From Legionellales bacterium (GTDB lineage Bacteria; Pseudomonadota; Gammaproteobacteria; Legionellales; Legionellaceae): 64,000 nucleotides of DNA. How positions within the stretch are numbered: position 1 is the stretch's first letter; each line of letters begins with the position of its first letter. The position numbers and the translations under genes were made by a program. This document shows, piece by piece, positions 46,076-55,151 of this stretch. Below the pieces are notes generated by a model. That model was not told the origin of the DNA. It saw nothing but the letters and a program-made list of their open reading frames with translations, and did not search any database. The stretch covers positions 28,263 to 92,262 of the forward strand of contig DAIDKT010000075.1 of NCBI GenBank assembly GCA_027449905.1, read 5' to 3'.

Positions 46076-48505
46076 ATGTCAGGTGAAATTGAATTAGCAC
46101 CGAAAGAGCCGGCAGATTTATCGAATTTACCGGTACTTCCCCTAAGAGATGTTGTTGTTTATCCACACATGGTTATTCCACTCTTTGTTGGCAGACAAAA
46201 ATCGATTAAAGCGCTTGAAGCAGCCATGCTTGAGAACAAACAAATTGTTCTGATTGCTCAGAAGCGTTCAGCTGATGACGATCCAACTCCTGATGATTTG
46301 TTTATGGTCGGTACTGTTTCCAGCCTGCTCCAGTTATTAAAGCTGCCCGATGGGACAGTCAAGGTTCTGGTAGAGGGCGAACAACGCGTAAAAGTATCTA
46401 ATTTTTCTGAACCAGATGACGGGAGTTACATTGCTGCTTCGTTAGAAACAGTCGATGAGGTAAACACAGCTTTCAAAAAAGAAGAAGTGCAGATCATGAT
46501 GCGCTCTCTGATGTCTCAATTTGAACAATACATTAAGTTAAACAAAAAAATTCCACCAGAGGTGCTTGGTTCACTGGCAGCGATTGAAGAACCAGGCAGA
46601 CTAACAGATACGATTGCGGCACATTTATCTCTTAAAGTAGAAGACAAGCAAGACCTATTAGAAGCGTTGGATGTTGGTGTTCGTCTTGAGCGTTTAATGG
46701 GTGCTATAGAAAACGAAATTGATTTACTACAGGTTGAAAAACGCGTTCGGGGTCGGGTTAAACGCCAAATGGAAAAAAGCCAGCGAGAATATTACCTGAA
46801 TGAGCAAATGAAAGCCATACAGAAGGAATTAGGGGAGATAAGCGAAGAAGGCAACGAAATAGCGCAGTTAGAGAGAGCGATATCAAAAGCAGGTATGCCG
46901 AAAGAGGCACATGAGAAGGCGACCGCAGAACTCAAAAAATTAAAACTCATGCCGCCCATGTCAGCTGAGGCAACGGTGATTCGCGGCTATCTAGATTGGA
47001 TGCTTAGCGTTCCTTGGAAGAAAAGGAATCGCATTCAGTTTGACCTAGATAAAGCAGAAAGGTTACTTGATAAAGATCATTATGGCTTGGAAAAAGTCAA
47101 AGAACGAATCATTGAATACTTGGCCGTGCAACAACGAGTGAAGCGTTTAAAAGGCCCTATCATTTGTTTGGTTGGCCCCCCAGGCGTTGGAAAAACATCA
47201 TTAGGACAATCAATTGCCAATGCGACAGGGCGAACCTTCATTCGAATTGCACTTGGTGGTGTTCGTGATGAAGCTGAGATTCGCGGGCATCGTCGAACTT
47301 ACATTGGCTCAATGCCAGGAAAAATTATTCAGAAGCTTTGTAAAGCAGGGGTAAAAAACCCGCTTATTATGCTAGATGAGGTTGATAAGATGGCCATGGA
47401 TTTCCGTGGCGATCCAGCCTCAGCCTTACTAGAAGTGTTAGATCCAGAGCAAAATCACACATTCAATGATCATTACTTAGAAGTTAATTATGATTTAAGT
47501 GATGTCATGTTTATTGCCACGGCCAATTCACTAGAAATTCCTGCGCCATTGCTTGATCGAATGGAGGTTATTCGTTTGGCTGGATATACAGAAGATGAAA
47601 AGGTGAATATCGCTAAAAATTATTTGATTCCAAAGCAGACGGTTCTTAATGGCATTCGACTCAAAGAGGTTGACTTTACTGATGCTGCTGTTCATGAAAT
47701 TGTTCGTTACTACACTCGGGAAGCCGGTGTACGAAATCTAGAGCGAGAATTAGCGCACATTTGTCGAAAAGTGGTCAAAGACATTTTAACGAGCAAGCGA
47801 GTTAAACAGGTCCATGTCACCCCTAAAAATATTGAGAAATTCTTAGGGGTGCGTAAATTCAGATATGGGTTAGCAGAAACCGTGGATGAAGTTGGACAAG
47901 TAACTGGTTTGGCCTGGACCAGCGTTGGTGGTGAGTTGCTAACCATTGAAGCGTCCATGATGCCGGGTAAAGGTAAAACACTTCATACTGGTCAATTGGG
48001 AGAGGTGATGCAAGAGTCGATTCATGCAGCCATGACCGTTGTTAGAGGGCGAATGAAGCAATTTGGTATTCCGGAAGATTTTTACGAAAAAAATGATTTT
48101 CACATTCATGTGCCGGAAGGGGCCACGCCAAAGGATGGTCCTAGTGCGGGTATTGGTATGTGCACCGCGTTGGTTTCTGTGATTACTCATATTCCTGTTA
48201 GAGCGGATGTCGCGATGACAGGAGAAATTACCCTGCGCGGTCTGGTGTTGCCTATTGGTGGTTTAAAAGAAAAATTACTGGCAGCTCACCGTGGTGGTAT
48301 CAAACATGTCATTATTCCAGAGGAAAATCAAAAAGATTTGACCGAGATACCGGCCAATATATTAAAAAAATTAGTTGTGCATCCGGTAAAAAATATTGAA
48401 GAAGTATTGGAGTTAGCTTTGCAACGCAGCCCAATCGTTAAGGAAAAGGTCACGAAGCCAAAGAGCCAATCAAGAAAAAAGGTAACTACCCAGCATGATG
48501 ACTGA
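46076..48505 (+). CDS. lon: ATP-dependent Lon protease
   Basis: LON N-domain, Walker A GPPGVGKTS and the catalytic serine motif PKDGPSAG. ATG at 46076 with GGAG RBS. Confidence 0.92.
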   Translation: MSGEIELAPKEPADLSNLPVLPLRDVVVYPHMVIPLFVGRQKSIKALEAAMLENKQIVLIAQKRSADDDPTPDDLFMVGTVSSLLQLLKLPDGTVKVLVEGEQRVKVSNFSEPDDGSYIAASLETVDEVNTAFKKEEVQIMMRSLMSQFEQYIKLNKKIPPEVLGSLAAIEEPGRLTDTIAAHLSLKVEDKQDLLEALDVGVRLERLMGAIENEIDLLQVEKRVRGRVKRQMEKSQREYYLNEQMKAIQKELGEISEEGNEIAQLERAISKAGMPKEAHEKATAELKKLKLMPPMSAEATVIRGYLDWMLSVPWKKRNRIQFDLDKAERLLDKDHYGLEKVKERIIEYLAVQQRVKRLKGPIICLVGPPGVGKTSLGQSIANATGRTFIRIALGGVRDEAEIRGHRRTYIGSMPGKIIQKLCKAGVKNPLIMLDEVDKMAMDFRGDPASALLEVLDPEQNHTFNDHYLEVNYDLSDVMFIATANSLEIPAPLLDRMEVIRLAGYTEDEKVNIAKNYLIPKQTVLNGIRLKEVDFTDAAVHEIVRYYTREAGVRNLERELAHICRKVVKDILTSKRVKQVHVTPKNIEKFLGVRKFRYGLAETVDEVGQVTGLAWTSVGGELLTIEASMMPGKGKTLHTGQLGEVMQESIHAAMTVVRGRMKQFGIPEDFYEKNDFHIHVPEGATPKDGPSAGIGMCTALVSVITHIPVRADVAMTGEITLRGLVLPIGGLKEKLLAAHRGGIKHVIIPEENQKDLTEIPANILKKLVVHPVKNIEEVLELALQRSPIVKEKVTKPKSQSRKKVTTQHDD

Positions 48506-48510
48506 ACATT

Positions 48511-48586
48511 ATTCTGAACGAAGTGAAAGATCTCCTGAATTAGCCCCAAATTAAATCAGTTTGAGTTCCTTCACTTCGTTCAGAAT
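48511..48586. repeat. family-4 palindromic element with perfect 17-bp arms (ATTCTGAACGAAGTGAA / TTCACTTCGTTCAGAAT)
   Basis: Read directly. Begins 6 nt after the lon stop. Confidence 0.75.
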
Positions 48587-48647
48587 GCGCCGTAATACCT
48601 CAGGTTGTGGATAATTTTAATTTTAATTCAATCAAATTGATTCCGCG

Positions 48648-48722
48648 ATCCTGAACGCAGAGATCTGCAAAATTTGGTTCAAACCAAGTTCAGTTGAGAT
48701 GGTTCACTTCGTTCAGGATGAC
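48648..48722. repeat. family-4 palindromic element (ATCCTGAACG ... TTCACTTCGTTCAGGATGAC), second tandem copy
   Basis: 10-bp perfect arms. Right arm nearly identical to that of 48511-48586 and to 30142-30153. Confidence 0.7.
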
Positions 48723-48749
48723 ACCTGGAGACTATCGATGCGCCAAATA

Positions 48750-48788
48750 GGGCGTTTCCTTGAAAGACGCTGAATAGTTAACAGACTC
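48750..48788. repeat. family-2 repeat, internally deleted copy (GGGCGTTTCC...GCTGAATAGTTAACAGACTC)
   Basis: Left end TAGGGCGT and right end GAAT.GT.AACAGAC.C match 33250-33322. Confidence 0.45.
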
Positions 48789-49085
48789 TAATCCCAGCAG
48801 AGAGTATTTAATATGAACGGGTTTTGCTGGCAATCGGACTTTTTTCTGCCAGAGCTGTATTTGTTGTCAGCAGAAAATGGGACAGAATAAAATAAATCGA
48901 GTTGTACTGATAAAAATAGTTTACATGTAGATAAATAAAGCGTATATTCCGTCCGTGCTTGCAGCCGAGCCAGTTTATCTGCCAAGATAGTTTGACGACA
49001 CCAGAGAGATCTGGTTTAATCAATTCAGGTTGAGCTAATATTATAAGCTTGCGAATAATGGATTACTAACTACAAAGGGGAAAAG

Positions 49086-49361
49086 ATGAATAAGAGTGAA
49101 TTGATTGATGCGTTAGCCGAAGGAGCAGGTATCACCAAGGTGGCAGCAAGTAAAGTACTGGAAGTGTTTACGGATACAGTAACTCATGTTCTAAAACAAG
49201 GTGATCAAGTTGTTTTACCTGGTTTTGGGTCATTTTGTACTTCTTTGCGATCTGCCCGAACAGGACGTAATCCACAAACAGGACAAGTTATTAATATCAA
49301 AGCAGCGCGGGTTGCTAAATTTAAAGCAGGAAAATCCTTAAAAGAAGCTGTTCAGCAATAA
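49086..49361 (+). CDS. hupB: DNA-binding protein HU-beta
   Basis: MNKSELIDA..., GFGSF..R.ARTGRNPQTG. Position after lon. Confidence 0.9.
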   Translation: MNKSELIDALAEGAGITKVAASKVLEVFTDTVTHVLKQGDQVVLPGFGSFCTSLRSARTGRNPQTGQVINIKAARVAKFKAGKSLKEAVQQ

Positions 49362-49373
49362 AAAAGATTTATC

Positions 49374-49449
49374 GGGTGCTTAGCTCAGCTGGGAGAGCAT
49401 CGCCCTTACAAGGCGAGGGTCGCAGGTTCGATCCCTGCAGCACCCACCA
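49374..49449 (+). tRNA. tRNA-Val (anticodon TAC)
   Basis: Manual cloverleaf: acceptor GGGTGCT/AGCACCC, anticodon loop CTTACAA, T-loop TTCGATC, encoded CCA. Confidence 0.9.
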
Positions 49450-49496
49450 TGAATAAATTGGCTTACTAGCTAATAAAGTAAGCCTAAATGCGAATT

Positions 49497-49573
49497 GGAG
49501 TGGTAGTTCAGTTGGTTAGAATACCGGCCTGTCACGCCGGGGGTCGCGGGTTCGAGCCCCGTCCACTCCGCCA
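49497..49573 (+). tRNA. tRNA-Asp (anticodon GTC)
   Basis: Manual cloverleaf: acceptor GGAGTGG/CCACTCC, anticodon loop CTGTCAC, T-loop TTCGAGC, encoded CCA. Confidence 0.9.
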
Positions 49574-49578
49574 TAATA

Positions 49579-49603
49579 ATGCGCCTTTCGGCGCATTTTT
49601 TTT
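49579..49603 (+). terminator. rho-independent terminator after tRNA-Asp (AATGCGCC-TTTC-GGCGCATT plus T8)
   Basis: GC-rich 8-bp stem followed by a T-run, read directly. Confidence 0.8.
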
Positions 49604-49748
49604 AACTTTGTACACGACAAAAAATAAAAGGCTAGAAATTTGTCCCCGCGAAGGCGGGGATCTATGCTGGTAGCTGCATTATGCCACACAAAAAATAGAT
49701 TCCCGCCTTCCTGGGAAAGACAGTATCATTTTTGTCGTGTACAAAGTT
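49604..49748. mobile_element. family-5 MITE-like element, 145 bp, with perfect 20-bp terminal inverted repeats (AACTTTGTACACGACAAAAA), flanked on both sides by T-runs
   Basis: Terminal inverted repeats at 49604-49623 and 49729-49748. Internal hairpin TCCCCGC-GAAG-GCGGGGA. Sits in the T-tract of the tRNA-Asp terminator. Confidence 0.75.
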
Positions 49749-49822
49749 TTTTTTAATATCACTATATTCCTGAGTATGGAATATGTGATATTTTATTGTG
49801 TCTTGTTTTATGGAATGGTCAC

Positions 49823-51700
49823 ATGCTGCAAAAGCTAAATGAGCGTATTCAGGGTGTTTTTGCCTGGATTATTATTGTCTTGGTTTCGGTTACATTTGTT
49901 CTCTTTGGAATCGATTATTATCTTCAATCGCGGCATGAGTCAGCTGTTCAAGCTGAAGTAAACGGGCAGCCGATTACCAAGGAAGCGTTTGAGCTTAGTT
50001 ATAAGCGTATTCGTCAATTACGTGATCCAGCCCAACTGAATGTTGCGAGAGAGAATCAACTCAAGCAGCAAGTTTTGAATGACATGATTATGAATAGTCT
50101 CAGTTTACAATCTGCTCGGGCGAGTGGATTTGACGTCAATTCTGGTCAAGCAAATGCTGCCATTGTCAATATTCCTCAATTCCAAGAAGGCGGTCACTTT
50201 TCTACAAATCGTTACGCTCAAGCCCTGAGTGGTGCATTTTTTACACCAGAATCATTTCAACAAGAAGTGCGACAAGGTATGTTACTGAATCAACAACGAT
50301 TCGCATTGATTGGCACGGCATTTTCTTTACCAAATGAGTTGAAGCAGTTTGTGAAGTTATATATGCAAACCCGTGATTATACTTATCTAAAAATTCCAGC
50401 ACTCCAATTTATAAAACAAGCGAACATATCTGACGATGAAATTCAGTCATATTATCAGCATCATAAACAAGTATTTTTATCTCCTGAAAAAGTGAGCATT
50501 GATTATGTGCGCTTGTCGATGCGTGACATCAAGCATAAAATCAATATCTCCCCTGAGCAGCTGCACCATTATTATGAAGAGAATCAGAATAATTATTTGA
50601 CTCCTGCCCAATGGCATGTTGCACATATTGTGCTGAGGGAGCCTGATCATGTTTCTGAAGGCGTTGATTCAACTAAAATCAAAAAGCAAGCTGAAGATCT
50701 ACATCAATCCTTGATGTCTGATCCCAGTCAATTTGATCGACAGGTTGAATTATTATCAGATGATAAAAAAAATCCTCATGGTGTTTTGCCGTGGATTGTA
50801 GCCGGACAATCTATTTATGATAAAGTTTTGGTGAATTTGAAACATCCTGGTCAAATATCCCTGCCTATTAAAACGGATCGTGGTTACGAAATTTTTAAAC
50901 TCATAGAGTATAAGCCGGCTGCAGTAAAACCATTTGACGATGTTCGCCCAATGATTCAAGAACAACTGCTAACTGAATTAACCCAAACACAATACACTCA
51001 AGCATTGGAACAATTGGCTGATTTAAGTTATCAGACGCCTGACTCCCTTGTGCTCGCAGGAAGAGTATTAAAATTGAACGTTGAGCACAGTGAGTTTTTT
51101 TCACGCCAAGGTGGGGACAGTGACGTTACCAAAAATAAGCAAGTGATTAAAACTGCATTTAGCCAAGATGTGCTTAAGTTTGGGAATAACAGTGATCCAA
51201 TTCAGTTGGATAATGATAGTGTCGTCGTTTTACGAGTCAATCAACATATACACGCAGCTGAAAAGGCACTGGTAGATGTTAAGTTGTTGATAGCTAAAAA
51301 GCTCGCTCAAAAGAAAGCACAAGCTGAAGCGAAACAATTGGGTCAACTTATTCTTAAAGCAAGCAAAACTGGACGACAAGCAAGTCTTACAGGGGTTGAT
51401 TTGCGCGCATTGCAATGGCATGACGTCAATAAGGCAAGTCGTGATATTGATACTATTCCCCCAGCCATCAATGAATTGGCTTTCAACCTATCGACGGCCG
51501 GTGATAAGTCAGGCTGTTCTTTGGTCGATGGTGATTACGCGGTGGTGCATTTGAAGCAAATCAATGATGGCCAGATGGAATCAGTGGACAAAGAACAAAT
51601 TGCGAGCATCACCCAGCAGATTGAAGCGAGCTATGGTTTAATGGATTATAATTTGTATATGAATAGCTTGATGAACCAGGCTAAGATTATCAAGCACTAA
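49823..51700 (+). CDS. ppiD: periplasmic chaperone / peptidyl-prolyl isomerase PpiD
   Basis: N-terminal TM anchor, SurA-like and parvulin-like regions. Position after hupB and the tRNAs. ATG at 49823. Confidence 0.8.
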   Translation: MLQKLNERIQGVFAWIIIVLVSVTFVLFGIDYYLQSRHESAVQAEVNGQPITKEAFELSYKRIRQLRDPAQLNVARENQLKQQVLNDMIMNSLSLQSARASGFDVNSGQANAAIVNIPQFQEGGHFSTNRYAQALSGAFFTPESFQQEVRQGMLLNQQRFALIGTAFSLPNELKQFVKLYMQTRDYTYLKIPALQFIKQANISDDEIQSYYQHHKQVFLSPEKVSIDYVRLSMRDIKHKINISPEQLHHYYEENQNNYLTPAQWHVAHIVLREPDHVSEGVDSTKIKKQAEDLHQSLMSDPSQFDRQVELLSDDKKNPHGVLPWIVAGQSIYDKVLVNLKHPGQISLPIKTDRGYEIFKLIEYKPAAVKPFDDVRPMIQEQLLTELTQTQYTQALEQLADLSYQTPDSLVLAGRVLKLNVEHSEFFSRQGGDSDVTKNKQVIKTAFSQDVLKFGNNSDPIQLDNDSVVVLRVNQHIHAAEKALVDVKLLIAKKLAQKKAQAEAKQLGQLILKASKTGRQASLTGVDLRALQWHDVNKASRDIDTIPPAINELAFNLSTAGDKSGCSLVDGDYAVVHLKQINDGQMESVDKEQIASITQQIEASYGLMDYNLYMNSLMNQAKIIKH

Positions 51701-51833
51701 ATCACACATTAGGGCATTTGTGAAACATCAGGATAAAAAACTCAGGCGACTTAAAACAAAATTGCTTCGACACTTACGAGATGGAACACTCAGTGCACAT
51801 AAAGCAACGGTTACAGAATCTGAATTTTCATCA

Positions 51834-53558
51834 TCAGATCCTGAAAACTGGTTGCCCTTCATCGGGCCCGCCACCTCCGGCAGCAGGGGTCGTGGCGGTT
51901 GTAGCTGCATTTCTTAATTCTTGTACCTTTTCCTTGGTGTCCCCAGGACTAACCCCGCTCATTAATCTATTTGCCTCTGCTTTTTGTTGATCTCTTTCTC
52001 GGAGCGTGGTTGACTGGAGTTGCTCCTCTAACTGCCCTAGTCCGGCTAATTGTAAGACTTCATTCGAGCTGGTTTTACCATTATATTTGGTTGCTTCATT
52101 ATTATCTTCATCATTGCCGGTGATTTTGAATGTGATCTGGCTTGGTTCAAATCCCTTTTCTCTTGCCGCCTTATAAGCATTAAGAATCATCTCCTGTTTT
52201 AATTCTTTATTATCAGAATGTAGGACAAACTCAATTGATGGTGTTTCCTTATCTTGCGCAATGACCCGATCGACCATGTCATTGAAATCCGTTTCCATCT
52301 TGGACTTGTCCCAGTTAAACCACGGGGCACTGATAGGCATTGAAACTTTCACGTTACCATTAGCTTCTGTGGTAATTTCTAATTTGGTTCCAGTTTTCGT
52401 TTTTTCTTCTATTGTTTTTGCACCGAACATGCCTTGGAATTGATACTCTGCGAGATCTTTGCTCGTGACTCCCTTTAATCTATTTTTTGGTGTAGTAGTC
52501 GGTCCACGGTGTGCGCTAAATGGTGTTGATCCCAGATTGACTTTGCCCGTCTGTTCTAAGAGTTCTAATCTGTCAGCTCGTAGGAGCAGATCAGCCTCAG
52601 ATTTTTCTTTTTGATTGCTTACTTTTTGGTTTAAGCCCTGTACAGCTGGAACATCTTTATTATCTTTGTCTTTACTTGCTGGTTTGCCTTCAAAAGACTC
52701 TTTCAAGCTCGTTTCGGCTTTGGTATATGACTCTTCAATGGCGGCAACCATGTTTGCCATTTCCTGCTCTAATCTTTTGTTCTGAGCGTCTGGACTTAAT
52801 CCACCAATGCCCAATGTTTCAACCAGATTTCCTTTAAATTGAGGGTCTGATGGAAGCAACGCTTTGACTGCACGAGTCGCTTCTTCTTTATTTTTCTTTA
52901 AATTATTCTTGGCATCTTCATACAATTGTTTGTGTACATTGATAATTTGTTGTGGTTGACGATAATCGGGGCTCCTATCAGCTGCAATTTCTTTGGCAAG
53001 TTGCAAGAACGCCCGTTGCTCCCCATTTGCTGACATCAATTCATTGAGGGGTATTCTGTTGCCAATGGTCGTATTTAAGCGTTGAACCATGTCATTGTGA
53101 GCTGCTAGCGCGCCAGGATTGTTTTTGATTGATTCAGCCTGGGTTTTGATGGATTGTCCAAACTCTCCAAGTTTCAATATATCTACCGAACGGTTCCCAA
53201 CTGTATCGGGCGTCTGGGCCAGTAAAGACGACGCACTGTTTTTGATACTGTCAGCCGCATCTTGTGCATATTTTTCATATGATTTTAAATCATAACTTTC
53301 GGAATATTTAATCAGTTTTTTGGCTTGCTCGATGGGGCTATGGGCAACGAGTCCGGATTGATCAGTGGTTTCTAGCAAATTGGCTAGGGTCCCGGTGACG
53401 TCTAATAAGGGAACAATACCGGGTAAGGATTCCCCTTGTCTTATTGCAGCGGCAGCTGTATTTCTGATAAACTTTTGAGTGCCGTATGCTGCGTTTAGTA
53501 TAGCTGTACCGACGCGTTGTGATGTCGGGAGCAGCTCTCCTGGTCTTTCGGCGCCCAT
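51834..53558 (-). CDS. hypothetical 574-aa hydrophilic protein, no recognisable family; candidate secreted effector
   Basis: Long ORF with no signal peptide or TM segment. K/E/Q/N-rich with a T/A/G-rich tail (...NAATTATTPAAGGGGPDEGQPVFRI). Interrupts the ppiD / metNIQ context. Confidence 0.65.
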   Translation of the reverse strand: MGAERPGELLPTSQRVGTAILNAAYGTQKFIRNTAAAAIRQGESLPGIVPLLDVTGTLANLLETTDQSGLVAHSPIEQAKKLIKYSESYDLKSYEKYAQDAADSIKNSASSLLAQTPDTVGNRSVDILKLGEFGQSIKTQAESIKNNPGALAAHNDMVQRLNTTIGNRIPLNELMSANGEQRAFLQLAKEIAADRSPDYRQPQQIINVHKQLYEDAKNNLKKNKEEATRAVKALLPSDPQFKGNLVETLGIGGLSPDAQNKRLEQEMANMVAAIEESYTKAETSLKESFEGKPASKDKDNKDVPAVQGLNQKVSNQKEKSEADLLLRADRLELLEQTGKVNLGSTPFSAHRGPTTTPKNRLKGVTSKDLAEYQFQGMFGAKTIEEKTKTGTKLEITTEANGNVKVSMPISAPWFNWDKSKMETDFNDMVDRVIAQDKETPSIEFVLHSDNKELKQEMILNAYKAAREKGFEPSQITFKITGNDEDNNEATKYNGKTSSNEVLQLAGLGQLEEQLQSTTLRERDQQKAEANRLMSGVSPGDTKEKVQELRNAATTATTPAAGGGGPDEGQPVFRI

Positions 53559-53614
53559 AATATATCTCCTTCTGCGATCATACCTTTCATTTTAGCACAA
53601 ATATTATTCATAAT

Positions 53615-54421
53615 CTACCAAGCTGGGATGGCCGCATCACCGAATAATTCCTTGGCTTTTTCTTTCACCTCGTTGGAGTTCATCGCTTTAATGAATAACT
53701 TTATCTGTTCTATTTTAGGACTGTTTTTGCGAACGACAATCAAGTTAGCATAGGGTGAATCTTTGTTTTCAATAAATAGGGCGTCTTTGGTCGGTCGAAG
53801 CCCTGCGGGTATTGCAAACGTAGTATTGATGACCGCTGCATCGACATCTGCGAGAACCCGCGGAAGTTGGGCCGCATCAAGCTCTTGAAAACGTAAATTT
53901 TTGGGATTGGCACTGATAGCCGCCAGGGTGGTTCCGTGGTTATTTTTAAGCCGAATTAATCCTGATTTTTGCAAAAGTAATAACGCCCGTGCTTCATTGC
54001 TCGGATCGTTGGGAATGGCAATTAGTCCATGAACCGGTATATTATTTAGTGTTTTATGTTTGAATGAGTAGATACCCGATGGGTAAATGAAGGTTTTACC
54101 AAGGGCATCTAGTTCATAGTTGTGCGCTTTGATGGCAGCCTTGAGGTAGGGGAGGTGTTGGTATACATTTGCGTCCAGGGTGCCGTCTTCGAGTGCTTCA
54201 TTGGGTAGGTTATAATCACTAAACTCGACAATTTTAACGTTCAATCCATACCGTTCTTGAGCAATTTGCTGCGCAATTTCAACTAAATCGGTTTCTGGAC
54301 CGGCGATGGTGCCAATAACCAAGGTATTAGCGGACGGTTTGCTACCCCCACATCCAGCCAAAATAGATGCAATGATTGTCACACAAACGAGTCGTGTCAT
54401 ACGAGAGAGAAAATTTAACAC
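53615..54421 (-). CDS. metQ: methionine ABC transporter substrate-binding lipoprotein MetQ
   Basis: Lipobox LAGC, NlpA/MetQ-family pattern. GTG start with GGAGA 7 nt upstream. Confidence 0.85.
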   Translation of the reverse strand: MLNFLSRMTRLVCVTIIASILAGCGGSKPSANTLVIGTIAGPETDLVEIAQQIAQERYGLNVKIVEFSDYNLPNEALEDGTLDANVYQHLPYLKAAIKAHNYELDALGKTFIYPSGIYSFKHKTLNNIPVHGLIAIPNDPSNEARALLLLQKSGLIRLKNNHGTTLAAISANPKNLRFQELDAAQLPRVLADVDAAVINTTFAIPAGLRPTKDALFIENKDSPYANLIVVRKNSPKIEQIKLFIKAMNSNEVKEKAKELFGDAAIPAW

Positions 54422-54440
54422 AGATGTCTCCTATCAGTTC

Positions 54441-54511
54441 TTGTCTGTTGACCATTCAGATCTAGACGTCGCGGGGCGTTGGGTTTCTGCAGATAAATTG
54501 TCTTCAGACCC
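54441..54511. repeat. family-2 palindromic element (71 bp) in the metI-metQ spacer, overlapping the last codons and stop of metI
   Basis: TTGTCTGTTGACCATTCAGATCTAGACGTCGCGGGGCGT...AATTGTCTTCAGACCC is collinear with 33252-33322. The metI stop (54504-54506) lies in the right arm. Confidence 0.75.
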
Positions 54512-55151
54512 GAGTATACCGTTTTGCTAATTGATCTCCGGACATTTGCAACGCCTGCACAATAGCTATCAACAGCGCGACGGTTATTAACATCACCACC
54601 ACATTAAATCGCTGATAACCGTAGCGAATAGCCAAATCACCTAGTCCACCGCCACCAACGGTCCCGGCCATTGCCGAGTAATTAACGAGCGTAATCGCGG
54701 TTACCGTAATCGCGTGAATTAAAGCAGGCCGTGCCTCGGGTAACAAGATAAATTGGATCATTTGCCAAGTTGACGCGCCCATGGCAAATCCGGCCTCGAT
54801 CAAACCATGCGGTAAACTTTGAAAAACATTGTCGACCAACCGGGCAAAAAAAGGAGCTGCGCCTAAAGTCAGTGGGACAATGGCGGCCTGAATGCCAATG
54901 GATGTACCGACAATTAAACGGGTCACAGGAATCAAGGCTACCAATAAAATAATAAAGGGAATAGACCGGCATATATTAATTATTCCAGCTAACAATCGAT
55001 TCATGGTGGGATTCGGTTTAAGCTGTCTGCTGATAAACAATGCGATTCCAAGTGGCAAGCCCAATATTATTGCAAATAAAGTACTGGCGGTCACCATATA
55101 GATGGTTTCAATCGTGGCTCGTCCAATATCATAAAGTGGCATGACTGACAT
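54504..55151 (-). CDS. metI: methionine ABC transporter permease MetI
   Basis: Five TM segments and the EAA-type loop (EAGFAMGAS...LPEARPAL). Overlaps the metN end. An alternative ATG at 55142 is possible. Confidence 0.85.
   Translation of the reverse strand: MSVMPLYDIGRATIETIYMVTASTLFAIILGLPLGIALFISRQLKPNPTMNRLLAGIINICRSIPFIILLVALIPVTRLIVGTSIGIQAAIVPLTLGAAPFFARLVDNVFQSLPHGLIEAGFAMGASTWQMIQFILLPEARPALIHAITVTAITLVNYSAMAGTVGGGGLGDLAIRYGYQRFNVVVMLITVALLIAIVQALQMSGDQLAKRYTRV

Noticed and set aside
48507-48722. Considered whether the repeated palindromes after lon, and the dispersed copies, could be a CRISPR array.
   Set aside because: There are only two tandem units, the units are not identical, the spacing is irregular, no cas genes are present, and the same arms occur singly elsewhere. 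They are REP/MITE-like, not CRISPR.
49488-49673. 61-aa + strand ORF.
   Set aside because: It overlaps tRNA-Asp, its terminator and the left end of the family-5 element, so it is not coding.
51720-51990. Small + strand ORFs (65 and 69 aa) downstream of ppiD.
   Set aside because: They overlap the 3' end of the 574-aa minus-strand ORF and its GC-rich tail region, and have no RBS.
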